Positions 36,798 through 50,418 of a stretch of DNA of 57,049 nt are shown in pieces; within the stretch, counting starts at the first letter, position 1, and the number at the start of each line of letters is the position of its first letter. The stretch lies in the NCBI RefSeq assembly GCF_001194135.2, contig NC_068984.1:70617387-70674435 (forward strand), written 5' to 3'. This stretch comes from Octopus bimaculoides (taxonomy: Eukaryota). The notes beneath the pieces were generated by a model. That model saw only the letters and a program-made list of their open reading frames with translations. It searched no databases and was not told the origin of the DNA. A program made the translations under genes and the position numbers.

Positions 36798-38061
36798 NNN
36801 NNNNNNNNNNNNNNNNNNNNNNNNNNNNNNNNNNNNNNNNNNNNNNNNNNNNNNNNNNNNNNNNNNNNNNNNNNNNNNNNNNNNNNNNNNNNNNNNNNNN
36901 NNNNNNNNNNNNNNNNNNNNNNNNNNNNNNNNNNNNNNNNNNNNNNNNNNNNNNNNNNNNNNNNNNNNNNNNNNNNNNNNNNNNNNNNNNNNNNNNNNNN
37001 NNNNNNNNNNNNNNNNNNNNNNNNNNNNNNNNNNNNNNNNNNNNNNNNNNNNNNNNNNNNNNNNNNNNNNNNNNNNNNNNNNNNNNNNNNNNNNNNNNNN
37101 NNNNNNNNNNNNNNNNNNNNNNNNNNNNNNNNNNNNNNNNNNNNNNNNNNNNNNNNNNNNNNNNNNNNNNNNNNNNNNNNNNNNNNNNNNNNNNNNNNNN
37201 NNNNNNNNNNNNNNNNNNNNNNNNNNNNNNNNNNNNNNNNNNNNNNNNNNNNNNNNNNNNNNNNNNNNNNNNNNNNNNNNNNNNNNNNNNNNATATATAT
37301 ATATACAGACATGCATATATATATATATATATATATTTATACACACATACACACACATATATAGGTACATATATGCATACATACACATACCTATACACAC
37401 ATATATGTATTTGCACATGTATATACACATGCTGAATATATTAAAAATAAACTTAATTTCCATCTGGACTTTATTTCAATTTAACAGACTTTTTTAATAG
37501 GTACAATTACAGAGATGTAAGGGTGCAACCGAAGGCACTTTCAAACACAGACTCAGCAATTACAAGTCCTCTTTTAAAATACAAGAGATACATGACATCA
37601 CAATGTCTGTGAGTTACATGGCTAGAAAAAGTAAATGTTGTACAGCATATAATCAACTGGCAATGATTGCAAAACATGAAGACATTACTGCAACAACAGT
37701 AGGAGTTACAGATTTTGGTTAGCAGAAAAAATGATTATACTGAAAATTTTGCTCTCCCAAAAGGCCTTCTTGAACTCTGAAGGTAAAACTTTTCTCCTTG
37801 TTCTCATGATTGGAAATGTATTTTAGCCAACTGATTAGTTCCATCTTAATAGTAAAGGCTGTCTCTTGCCTATTTCAAGTACTCCCAACCAGCATTTTTA
37901 CACACTCATACATGGCCATGTACATTTTAAAAACACCCTCTCCATCTCACTTCCACTCTCTTTCTCACTCTTTCTAATCATCATCACTACACTACCCTTC
38001 TGTCCACTCCATTCCCCAGATGAAAATGCAAAAATTGAGATGGACATTTGCCAATAAGATG

Positions 38062-38127
38062 CTGGCATGCAGAACAGTGATGAGAGGGGCCAAATAAAAT
38101 GATATAATTCTGAAGGTTTAAGGGCCA
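38062..38127 (+). repeat. Perfect 66-bp direct repeat, copy 2
   Basis: Identical to 35965-36030. Confidence 0.95.
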
Positions 38128-41100
38128 GCTTTGTTCTCGCATGGTGTTTTTCTGTTCTTGGGTGTTGTACTGGTCTTTATACATTTCTAGGATATATAAG
38201 CTAGATGTAACTTCTTTTCCTGACTACTTCTAGTGTAAAGGGATTGAAGCAGTACTCTGGTTCAATAACCTCCTACAGGCAAATTTTGAACTTGAAACAT
38301 GTAATAAATTTGACTCTACCAAAATTAAAACTATTGAGTCTACATCAATAATTTTTTGTTGTCATATAAAACTCTACAACTTAGTAAACCTATCATTAAC
38401 ACATGTGTGTGTATGTTTGTGTGTGTGTGTGTCTGCCTGCGTGTGTGTGGAGAGAAGGAGAAACCCACAATTGTATATAGCTCAAACAAAATAATAAAAT
38501 AAAATAAAATAAAATAAATCTGCACTATGTTACAATAGAAGTGCAATCATATTTGAAACTAAGGAAGAAAATCAATAGAAAGCATTCATTTCATCGCATT
38601 CTTCTCAATGGAAAAATTTTTTCAAGGCAACATGAAAACTGATTCAGACAAAGGAACTTAAAATGTATAAGTAAATTGCAAGACATGTCTTAATCTTTAG
38701 ATATAAAATATGTATAATGAAATGTAATTTAACGTTACAAAACTACATCACTTAAAGTTTACTTATCTTAATTAAGAGAAAACATTTCTTATGTCTTTTA
38801 GGTTCTTTCCTTCACCTTAAAACAATGTATGATTTAAAAAACTCTTCCAAACGAAATTTTCTAATGATGCTATTCTCTATAATGTAATTGCTAACTGCTT
38901 TTCTTTCTTTTCAATTAGAGGTAGACGGAGACTACCTACAACTTTTGGGATGCTTCAGAACTGTGAATGAACAAAAGGGTTAAAGAAACCATCTCCCTGG
39001 GTCGTGGAAGGGCTAGCTGGAAAATATCTATCCACAGACCTGGTCTGAATGTTTTTAACAGAATTAACTCTAAAAGCATGTTAAAACCATGTTATTTCAG
39101 TAAGCCAGATCATGTATTAGGTTTACCTGCAAATACAGTCTCCTGTATGTGGTTTCTTAAATAATTCTTTCAACCCAATTTCTCTTACAAAGCTATTTAG
39201 ATCTTGTCAAGTTTACAGTAGAAGAAACATTTCCAAGATTACTGTGCTGAGGGTGAAACTTGTTATGTAGTTTATTATTTTTGACCTGAATCATCTTTTA
39301 ACGACATGATCCAAAATTGCTCAAATTCAGAGTGAACTTGTAATAGGTAACCTGCTATGTGCCTCCAGAAATCATTATTTAGTTGATTCTCTCATACACA
39401 TTCCTAAAATTTCTTGTGTAAAGTTCTAAATTAATTACTGAAATCAGAAACTGTTCATTAAAACAGAGAAGCAGTGATAATAAAATAAAACAAACAAAAA
39501 AAAAATTAAATTCTTTACTGAGTGTATTGCTTTTAAGCCTCACACCACTTCAGTGATACCATCTTAGTGATCTGATCATCAACATCAGTTTACATGTTTC
39601 AACATATTATGTACATTGAAGAATTTTACATTTTTATCCTTACCGGCTAAATGTATGATACACTTACTGTTTCTTTATTCATTTACCTTAGTAGTTAAAC
39701 CCTTCTGCTTATTATCTAATTGACTTAACTATCCCAGTATGAAATTACATGTAGCTTGTTTCTTTAATTAAATTGTACTTTTAAGAATTTTCACCTATCT
39801 TAGTAATTCATTTTTTATCTTCAATATGTATCAACTAATACTTGCTAACATTCATTCATATTGATAACCATTCAGCTACTAGATAAAATTATAAGATATG
39901 GAATAAATTGATACAATGATTCAAATATAATCGCATCTATATAAAATGAATATCATGCCAGGTTTTGACAAAGCATATTCCAACTCTTTGTTAACAAAAC
40001 TACCTACACACTATATTATAGTGTATATAGGTGATTAGTTTTTGTAAACCCCTAAGGCAATTCTCAGGCAGAATTATTTTAACATTGTATGGATAAAGAT
40101 GGCTCTTTAAATTACAGTTTTACTCTTTACTCTATCCAAGAGGTTTCCACATCATTTCTGCTTATATGCTTTCTCTCGCCGTTCCAGAATTGATCCAAGG
40201 CTATAGTAATATACACATGTCAAGCTAATATCCAGTGTGATTTAGACTGGGATCTTGTAAATGTGAAGCAAATTTCTTAACAATGTGGTCAATTCTGTAA
40301 CTGCCTGCATTTAAAACACACAGAATTCAACAAGGAAAACTCTACATCATCATCCATTTGTTAGAGATAGCAGCTAAAACATATGCTATCATCTTTAAAA
40401 AAAAAAAAAGACACATTAGGTAGTTTCATACAGAGTACACTAGGCCTGTAAAAAGAATCATCGAGTGGTTATGGTTGGAATGTTTTTGATCATAAATCTG
40501 ATCAATCAGAAAAGATCTGTACACACACGGTTTTTAGTGAGGTATTACTTCAGATCAACACCTTTCTTTAATGGAATGAAAATTTCCCTTAAACAATAAC
40601 ACTAATTAATGACTTAAATCCCCGTAGTTAATGCATGAAAGAATGAACTGCTGTGAAATCTTCAACCAAACGATAATGTAGTAATGCAGGAAGCCAATTA
40701 TGATATGTCAAACTGTGTACCCCAACATGGCATACATCATTCTTCTATAAAGTTAGCTGGATTAAAGAATAGTTGACATTAATTTGATTAGGTTTTCACA
40801 AAGAGGGGGAAATTGAATGTAATAATTTTCGAATTTTCAACAATGAAAATCAAATTGTGATTGTTATGTACATTATGAGAAAGATATGAAAATTTCAAAA
40901 GGAGTTGTAAGCTGCTTCTATTTCCATAATAGTTGATAATCCCTTTTTTTATTAACATTCTAGAAAACCATAGTAATGTTTAATAAAAGTTCGTTTTGCT
41001 TGTTTTTGTTTTATTATCATTTAGGATGAAAAGAGGAAATGTATTGAATGAAACCTAACTGAAATAATTTTCTTCCAATGTATCAAAATATATGATAATT

Positions 41101-42242
41101 AATTAAATGGAATCAAATTATAAAGAAAAATGATGAATAAATTACGTAAACTTGTAAATATTCTAAATATTATTAAAGAGTTCATTTGATTTTGAAAGAA
41201 GTTGAAAACTGCATGTTATAAGTATCCAAGAACCTGATCAAGAAGTTTGAGAACTTTCTGTGTAATTCATGAAGAGAATAAAAATTTCATTGACGTCATT
41301 ATAAAAGCATTATCAGTAGCTCTCATAATAATAGTAGTCATTAGTATATCAAATATTTCTTTTACAGTGCCTGCACAGCCTTGTTGTATCTCCTACTACA
41401 TCAACATGTCAATATATGCATAATATTGTCAAAAACAGTGACAATGTCACACATAACAAAGGGAAAATTTTATTTGGTTGATTGTTCCTCCAAACAGCAA
41501 GTAGATGAGTGAGAGAGGAGGGATGAGGAGAGGGAAAGAAATAATGGGAAATAAGAGAGAGAAAGTGATAGACAAATAAGAGGGTCAAAGAGAAGGTAGT
41601 GAAAAGAAATTAGCTATGAAACAACTAGAACAAAGACATGAAAGGAAGCAAACCTACTTGCATCAAGTAATGTGGTACACCCAAATGAAATACAGATGAT
41701 ATTGATTTTTTATATAGGCATATGATCGAAAATTTCCTGAAGTATTGTATAGCTGGTTACCATCAACCCCAATATACAACTGTTACTTATTTTACTAACA
41801 TGAGGGTTAAAAAGCAAAATTATATTAAAAGTTTGAATTCTGAATGTCAAGGTATGTACTGATTATTAAAAGTATTGCAAATTATTTAACCCAGTACTCT
41901 GGAAAACGATAAGGGAGATCCCTGCTAAGACTAAATACAGCAACAAGATGACTAAATGCTGCAATAATGTCTTGCAGAATTCAGTTATATTTCTTTATAT
42001 TCTGAGTTCAACTACTGCCAAAGTTGTGTTAGCTTTGTCCAGTTTTATGGTTCATAAAATAAAGGCATAGCTAATAAGATCTGGGCTCAATGCAATAAAC
42101 AGAGTGCATGTATGTGTACTCAACAATTTTAATTCCTAATTCTGTGGTTCTAGCCTTGGATGTAGTTGATACAAACTGTGTTAGCTACATTGGCATAATG
42201 TCTCCCACTAAACACAACAATATATATATATGTAGATATATA

Positions 42243-42582
42243 TTACAGAGATGTACTTGCATAGCAAGTGAACTGATTTGAAATTGTGTGCTGAAACAAA
42301 AACAATTGCAGCTTGAATGGTGTTTATAACCCATTTAAAAACACACAAAAACGTTAGATTCACTACAACATTTAAATTTAATTTGCCAAAGTATTTTCGT
42401 CACTTTGAGACTGCGACCTGATCACTGACAAATTTTGTCACGGAATCTTGTCAGTGATCAGGTTGTGGTCTCAAAGCGATGGAAATATTTTGGCAAATTA
42501 AATTTAAAAGTTGATGGGAAACTAATGGTTTTTTTGTGTGTTTTTAATTGGCCTATAAACACCTTCCATGCTGCAATTGTTT
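42243..42582. repeat. Long imperfect palindrome (about 135-bp arms, 42300-42582) with one-sided 57-nt extension
   Basis: aaacaattgcagc...gacctgatcactgacaaa pairs with ttgtcagtgatcaggtt...gctgcaattgttt. Confidence 0.88.
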
Positions 42583-42587
42583 ATATT

Positions 42588-42629
<42 letters not shown>

Positions 42630-42829
42630 GCACATGCACACACACACACAAAAGTATCTTACTATATAAAAGGGAATTAATATATATCAACATATATCTT
42701 TACTCACTGAAGTGAATGCATGTTTGTGAATATCTATTTATGTGTATATAAATGTGTCTGTGTGTGCATGTGTACATGTGTGTGCATGTGTAAGTGTGTG
42801 CATATATGCACGTGCATTCCAAATTGAAG

Positions 42830-44440
42830 ACCAGAATTTTGCACCTTGGTCACTGAAACTTTGCTGGGTTGGGGTGGAAGGGATCTTATTCTAAAAAGGA
42901 GAACATCACTTATATGGCTTTCACGTCTTATATTGATATGTTTATATTTGTGGCCATTTTTATTAAACTCATCTTAAACCATCTTCTAAATTGCTTCAAT
43001 ATAATAATCTGATTAAATCTATGTTCCCTGAATGAATGAAGATTATCAGCAGAATGAGAAGTAGACATTAAACTAGGACACAATTTATGCCATCCATTTT
43101 TCAGTGTTGATGTTTTCACAGACTTCTATGCATTGGCAACACAGTACACTGTATCCTTAATGTTGAATTCTTTTATGAACTTCTGTACAGGGGTGCCTGA
43201 ATTAACTGAACTCACTAGGCACTTCATTAATAGGGATCGATATTTACACTTCATTGAATGTATAATACCATTGTCCTGTGGCTGAATTAGTGACGTGCAG
43301 CTGAGTGGGAGGTAGACAACAAAATCATTATCTTCCACTAGAAGATTGGCTTTTGGATGTGCCGAACAATTGTCTAAAATAAGAAGTGTCTTGCATTTAG
43401 GGTCTAGTCCAACTGAGTTACAGTTCCTGAGCCCTAGCCTCAGGAACAAAACATTTTTGAAATCAATCCAATGTAATAGCAGTGGTAACCCACCCCTTCC
43501 TGTTGGCATGGTAATGGACAGGAAACTGTGTCATTCCCTTGAAAGCCCTCAGATGTAAACTTTTCCAGATAACAAGCAACTTACATCTATGGGTACCCGC
43601 AACATTAGAGCAGTATATTACCATGACACAATCCGTCGAATCTTTAAACCCCGATGGTGATTCTGCATTCTCAGTTCGTTTTGGCATACATCTCCAAAAC
43701 AAGGCAGTCTCATCAGCATTGTATCGTTGTTCAGGACTTAAATGTTCGTCACTAACTAACTTTGCAAATTCATCCACATATGCACTAGCCACATGTTTGC
43801 TACTGTATGTTTTTCACCACACACTGCACAAAACTGTAAGTCATGTCATGACTTGAAATGATGCAGCCATCCTTCTGAATATTCACACTTGTGTTGCAAT
43901 CCCAGCTTTTCATGAAACACTTTGGCTTGTTCCTTTAATAAATCACCAGAAATTTTCACACCTCCACTTACACGAAGATTAAACCAGGTTATGAAAACTT
44001 GATCCAGTTCCAAGCTTTTTCCCTCCATCATTGACTTCCTTACAAACATATGCTTTTTTTATCTACTGTCAGAAAAGAACTTTAACAGGTTTTCTTTCTG
44101 CTTTTTAATATCACTGTTGAAGAGCCAATGTCATATGTTTCACAAATGGTTTGCATAGACACGCTGCTATTAAGATTTTTTTAACATTTCCACTTTCTCT
44201 GCAATTGATGATGTATGATTTTTACAATTTACGCCACCTCTTTTCTTTGCTGAATCCTTAATGGGGCTATACAGCAGCAAATAAATGATAAAATGAGAAG
44301 GAATGAGCATCAAAGCATAAATGGTGCCTCCAGAAAACAGTGGCATGCCAACACTGTAAATTTGAAAATGTGCTCCGAAATCTATGCTGAAAATCTGAAG
44401 GAACCGGATTTTCGATGGTCAGATTTTCGAATGTCAACTG
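42830..44440 (-). mobile_element. Defective Tigger/pogo (CENP-B/Jerky-like) DNA transposon
   Basis: HTH fragments (WFNLRVSGGVKISGDLLKEQAK, SEGWLHHFK) and DDE motifs YNADETALFW, LILDNCSAHP, IQPQDNGII lie in four frameshifted ORFs. One end TA-cagttgacattcgaaaatc at 44440 has TA at 44441-44442; the other TIR was not found. Confidence 0.9.
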
Positions 44441-46734
44441 TACCACTTTTCAAATAAAATACATTTGCATTATTTGTTCTGCACTGTCTTACACACACAT
44501 CCCTCTTTCTCTCATCATTAATATATCAGTTAATTAGAGTTTGACTAATTGAAAATCTGTCATCAACAATACTATTGTCCTCCAATTGCAATATAACAGC
44601 AACTACAATAATTGTCTAATATTTCTAGATTTGTGGTCTTGTGCATATATAAGAAAAGAAAATTAATAAACATTAAATACAAATTTACTAAAAAGTATAA
44701 GTACAACTAGTACATTGCAAGACATGAAAAACTAAAATAGCAATCCATTAAAATGAAGAAAACAATGGAGGTAAATATGTTTAAGAAGTTCAAAAGGTTT
44801 CTTTTTTAATAAATAAAGCAGTGAGTTTCAGGAAACCCTGTTGCATTTAGAATTCCCCTTTGAATTTTATGATGAAAGAATCCTGAAGGAAATAGCTTTC
44901 TAAGATATGATCATCACCCTTACATGTTACATAAGATATTTAGGTATCTTGTAACACATTCTTCAATAACCCAAAATATGTCAACAGAGAGCAATACACT
45001 TAGAACTATCAGATATACTTTTTTAATAATAAGCGATATTTTGGTAAGAAAATTTAAAAGAAAAATTATCATGAACCTATTTCCCCTCCTTTTTCTAAAA
45101 AAAGAAAACGTTAGTTATTCTATATAAAACTGATATTTCAATAGAATATTGGTTATTTATTTATTATTTTGGCCTCTATCTTCAAGAATATTGGCTTTTT
45201 ATGGAAAAAGTTGTTTGATGCTACAAAATTTCATACAGCATTTGTTTACATCGAAAATTGCTGTCAAGTATTAAAAACAAAATTCAAGTGGAGATATTTG
45301 AAAATAATATACAACAGACAAAATTTAGTTACCACAACTACGAAATATCCAGAAGCTATAATCATTACTGCAATGAACTTCTTAAATATAATCACAATAA
45401 TTGATTCAAACATATTTTTCGCAAAAATTTTGAAAATGAACAGTTATATATTCAAATGAAATGATTTTCCTTTATATATTTTCCGTAATTTTTGTATAAT
45501 TTTACAAACTGATACATTAATGCTACACATACATACACATACATGCATACGTGTGTGTGTGTGTGTGTGTACATATTCTTCTTTCATTCTTTTCTTTTAC
45601 TTGTTTCAATCGCTTGACTGCAGCCATACTGGAGCACTGCCTTGAAGGGTTTTAGTTAAAGAAATCTACCCCAGGACTTATTTTTAAGCCTAGTACTTAT
45701 GAATATAAGTATGTATATATGTGTGTGTATGTATATATGTATGTATGTGTGTATATCACTGAAATTAACATTCAAACGTCATTTCAAGTTAATTATAATA
45801 TTTTTTAAAAATATCTCCCTGGTTAGTATCTATGAACCTAATTTTGACACAACCAGCAAAATTTAGGCCAATTCCAGGAAGTTAGAAAATCTACAAAACA
45901 AAACAAAATCAAAAAAGAAACAAAATAGACAAACCAACCCAGAAACACTAAATTTCTTACACATTTAAATAAACAAGTAAATATAATATCACTAAACACA
46001 TTTTTAAACATTGCAATTAATTTACACCAAAATATCGTCTTTGAAATAGCCTCCCCCACCACCTTAAGAAGTATTTTCCAAAACTCATCGGCTAAAAATT
46101 AGTAACATTTATGCCAGCAAATTGCCATCTGTTTGCTCTTTATTATTTTGTTTGGCAAGTTTAATAGCAGAGAATACAGAAACAATAATTTTTGAAGCAT
46201 AGTTTAAAGAGGGATTTTGGATTATGGTACAATAATTCTTTGATGATATCAATCCTTAGTAAAATGAATGCCAGCTATAAATAGAGTATTAAAAGAAGAA
46301 TAAACAGTATCTGACAGAAGTGAAAGTTCTGAAGTAGCAAAGCAAAGAATAATAAAGATAGAAATAAAAAGATGTAGAGGATTACAAAACAATAAAAGGA
46401 GATCAATATACTATAAACAGCCACAGAAAAACATCTGCTTGGTCTAATCCTTTTTTGCAGATCAATTAGGATTCTGTATTCTATATCTTCAAACTAATCA
46501 ATCAGGTCAGAAAGAAGTTAAATAGAAACGATATTTCACAGAGATATAGGATTAAACATTAAATTTAAATGATTGCTTTTTGTTTTCAATTGAAGTGCTT
46601 TAATACAAAGAGGATAAACTGTACTTAAATAAAAAAGAATATATTTATTGTTATTAAAGTACAACTGTCAACACAGATAATTTTATTTACATCATAAATA
46701 TACTGAGTGATGGAATACTGGCCCATTACTATTC

Positions 46735-46937
46735 ATCCAAGAATTGTTAGCATACTGAGCAAAATGCTTAGCAGCATTTCGTCCATTTTTACATTTTGAG
46801 GTCAAATGCTGCCAAGGTCATCTTCACCCTCCATCCTTTCAGGGTTGGTAAAATAAGCACCAGTCGAGCAATAGAGATTATGAACTCAACTTAGTCCCTT
46901 CCCTGAATTTGCTGGCCTTACACCAAAATCTGAAACG

Positions 46938-46988
<51 letters not shown>

Positions 46989-47042
46989 GTTATTATTATT
47001 ATTATTATTATGATTATTATTATTATTATTATTATTATTATT
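46735..47042 (+). mobile_element. SINE family A (tail type 2) with expanded (ATT)n tail
   Basis: aaatgcttagcagcatttcgtcc..cctttcagggttggtaaaataagcaccagt..ggccttacaccaaa, followed by (att)n. Confidence 0.75.
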
Positions 47043-47457
47043 TCACAGATCTTTGTTTTGATGGCCATTTTTACATGATTAGTGTGATTTTTTTTCTTTC
47101 TTTGGTCGTGATTGTGGTTGTAATATCTTTCTCTTCATTTTTTTTTTTAAGGAAAATATAGCGTAGAATATATTACCTAACATATTTTTCCTTCTTTTAA
47201 GATAGCAGGGCATTATTTGAGGGATGTTTCGTTGTAATTCCTTGCAGATCAAGGAGATATGTAGTCACCTGTCAGCTCATGGTAAAAAATTGTTTTAGTG
47301 TTTAGCAGCTAACCACTCAAACAGGAAAAGGTATAAATAAGAGCAAGTAGGTTTATGTACTTTGCTCAGGGGTACGACAAAGCAACACAATACTTGTAAA
47401 ATGATTTGACATTATGACTATGAGGACAGTATTTTGTTAAGGTTATTTCTTCAGATG

Positions 47458-47592
47458 CATTATTTACATTATTTACATTCGATGGATATTTGTCCTCATC
47501 TTGTTTGTTGTTAACAACAAACAAGTTGAGGACAAATGTCTGTTGAATGTAAATAATGTACATAATTCCTCATCTCTTAAATATAGAACTGT
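47458..47592. repeat. Asymmetric palindrome of the Penelope-like terminus centred on GTTAAC (47510-47515)
   Basis: 47466-47512 pairs with 47513-47559; tail acataattcctcatctcttaaatatagaactgt on the right. Confidence 0.88.
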
Positions 47593-48642
47593 ATTTCTAC
47601 AGATATTCTATAGAAATTATAGCCAGCACTGATTTTTATATATATGAGACATCAGATGTAAACAAACAATGAGATGGAAGATAAAAAATGGGTGATGGGC
47701 AAATATATTACTACGTAACTACAAATCATTAAAATGAAAACATTAATTCAGAATTTTAACTTCAAAATCATAGGGTCTCAAATAATTACTGTGTTCAAAT
47801 TCTCACTATTTATATGATGAATATCATAGTATAATATTGGGTATAAATACTTGGGTGTTGACTGACTGAATTGGTAGAATGGAGGACAAAATTACTTGTA
47901 GCATTCAGTTGTCCTTTTACTTATGAAGCTGAAATCCCACCAATGCTGAATTTGCTTTACCTCCATCGAAGTCTGATAAGTACAAATTAAATTTATTATT
48001 ATTATTAAGGTAGGAAACTAGAAGAATTATTAGTGTGTCACATAAAATGTTTTACAGCATCTCTTCCATATTTATGTTTTGATTTCAAATTCCACTAAAT
48101 TCAACTTTGTCACTCCTTTCAATGCTGATGAGGTAGCATTTGAGCACTGGTGTTGATGTAACTGACTTGTCTCCTTCAACAAAAGTTCAGGCTTTGTGCT
48201 TGTAGCAGAAATGATTATTTTTATTAATTGTTGTTGTTATTATTATTATTATTATTATTGCTTTGCACAGCTTCTAATGCTGGAGATATACTATGGTGTC
48301 AGCTGTTCACTACCAGTGAACTAAATTAACACCTCTAATTTTTGAGCACCTTCCGGTGGCGGCGGCAGTGATGGTGGTATTGTTGTAGTAGTAGCTATAC
48401 ATAGGCACAAAGCAAGAAATACAGAAGGAAGGCTAAGAGAATCAGACCATCTCCATTGCATCACTGGTACTTTATTTCATCAGCCCTGAAGAAATGATGA
48501 GAAAAATGTATGCAGATGTTTTGGGAAATTCTAAATGATTGTGATCTGGAGAATAAGGCTTTTAGGCAAAGAGTTTAGTATAGGCCTAAAACAGAAAAGT
48601 AACTGCAAAAGATTCCTCATTTCTTTGATAAACTGACTTATA

Positions 48643-49015
48643 AGTGCAGGTATGGCTGTGCAGTAAGAAGCTTACTTCCCAATTATATGGTTTTGGGTTC
48701 AGCCCCACTGCAGGGTACTCTACTATAGCATTTGACTGACCAGAAACCTTGTGAGTGGATTTGGTAGATGGAAACTGAAAGAAATCCATTGTGTGTGTGT
48801 GTGTGTGTGCGTTTGTATCTGTGTTTGTACTCCAACACTGTTTGAAAACTGGTGGTGTGTTTACATTCCTGTAGCTTAGTGATTCAGCAAAAGGGGAATG
48901 ATAAAATAAGTACTAGGTTTTAAAAAAATAAGTCTCGGGGTCAATTTGTTTGACTAAAACCCTACAAGGTGGTGCCCCAGTATGGCCACAGTGAAAGGAC
49001 TGAAACAAGTAAAAT
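48643..49015 (+). mobile_element. SINE family B
   Basis: agtgcaggtatggctgtgcagtaagaagc head through gactgaaacaagtaaaa tail. Confidence 0.85.
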
Positions 49016-49418
49016 AAAAACAAAACAACTGTCCAACATCATTAACATGATAACCGTTAACACTGCCATCATTTGTGTCTCTCATATTCTATTAGATACC
49101 ATAGAAACTTTGAAACCCTTTAAAATGTGAAAACCTGTTACAAAAAATTTTTTAAACAATGTTTCCTAAATGCATGATGTAATTTGAAACATGATCAATT
49201 CTAAAATATCAGCCTAGCAGTGCTGTATGGTTTTAATTTGGGAGATTTGGCTGTTACATTAAACTGTTTAAATATAAGGCCAATGTAAGAGATTATATGC
49301 AATCATCAAACCACCTACAAAGAGCAGTCCAATTTCCTTCAAATTACATTGTACTGTCTTTAAAGAGAAAGTGCTCATTAGATACTGTAGTTCTGGATTT
49401 AATTTGCGTGTCCAAATT

Positions 49419-49630
49419 AAGGTGGCAAGCTGGCAGAATCATTACGCAGTGCCAAGCAAAATGTTTAGCTACATTTTGTCCATCTTTATGTTGTGAATCC
49501 AAATTCAACCAGTCTTTACCTTTCTAGGGTCGACAAAATAAGTACCTGTTGAATATCAAGATCCATCGTAATCAACTCATCCCCTCTTCCAAAATTGCCA
49601 GCCTTTTTTGTGTCAAAACTTTGAAACCAA
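49419..49630 (+). mobile_element. SINE family A (tail type 2)
   Basis: aaggtggcaagctggcagaatcatta head; gggtcgacaaaataagtacc core. Confidence 0.8.
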
Positions 49631-50331
49631 TTTGCCTGACAGAAGAAAAAGAAGAAAAAAAAACTAGTCACTTCTAGTTGACCTGGGCACAAACAACAGA
49701 CTGAACAGACAAATTGCATGAATGCTACCTCTGGCTTGTCACTCGAAAGTAGACAGAAAATGTTTTAAAACCATCAAAAACAAACTTCAAAATTTCATAC
49801 AAAAGGTCAAATTTTACAGAAACCGCCAGCCAATATAATTGCAAAAATATAAATCAATAATATTGGATGTAAACATAAAATTCTTTCTCTCTCTTTCTCT
49901 CTCTCTCTCTCACTCACACACACACACACACACACACAGAGGAAAAATACTTTTCTGAAAGATAATAGTTACTTCTAAAAAAGATTTCAGTAACTGAAAT
50001 CAAAACTCTCTCTATCTTTCTTTCTATTCTTCCATCTCCCTTTCACTCTTACTCTCTCTCCACACACACACATACATACATACATATATATATACATATA
50101 TCTACATACATATATATATATACATATATATATGCATACATAATATATTTTTCTGTAGTGTGAAACATTGGGACATACCAGCAGATGGTTCTTACACCAT
50201 TTTGTATATAATCATAGACACCGATTTAGCTTGCATCAGGTCTTATTTCAAGTCTGCACTATTAACAAGTCACAAAAATGAAACATCAATGTCTATTGCT
50301 CCAGACTAGGACCAGATGTGAGTTATCTCAC

Positions 50332-50418
50332 TTGTGTATGACTTCCAGGCATTTTAACATCAGGCACATTGATGAGAATATATTCTCTTATGCCTATAAG
50401 GCACAGTCTACCCATGAA
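50332..50418 (-). CDS. Candidate exon FMGRLCLIGIREYILINVPDVKMPGSHTQ
   Basis: Acceptor tatacttgtattttactag, donor CAA|gtgaga, 87 nt, phase 0 to 0, in-frame stop just past the donor. Confidence 0.38.

Noticed and set aside
38919-38980. Plus-strand exon candidates (EVDGDYLQLLGCFRTVNEQK; also 45189-45266 NIGFLWKKLFDATKFHTAFVYIENCCQ) and minus-strand 46091 (DEFWKILLK...)
   Set aside because: Weak or ambiguous donors, no phase-linked neighbours and no recognisable homology; compatible with chance.
42928-44049. Domesticated TIGD/JRK/CENP-B gene
   Set aside because: Several frameshifts and stops, with a retained TIR plus TA; this is a transposon fossil.
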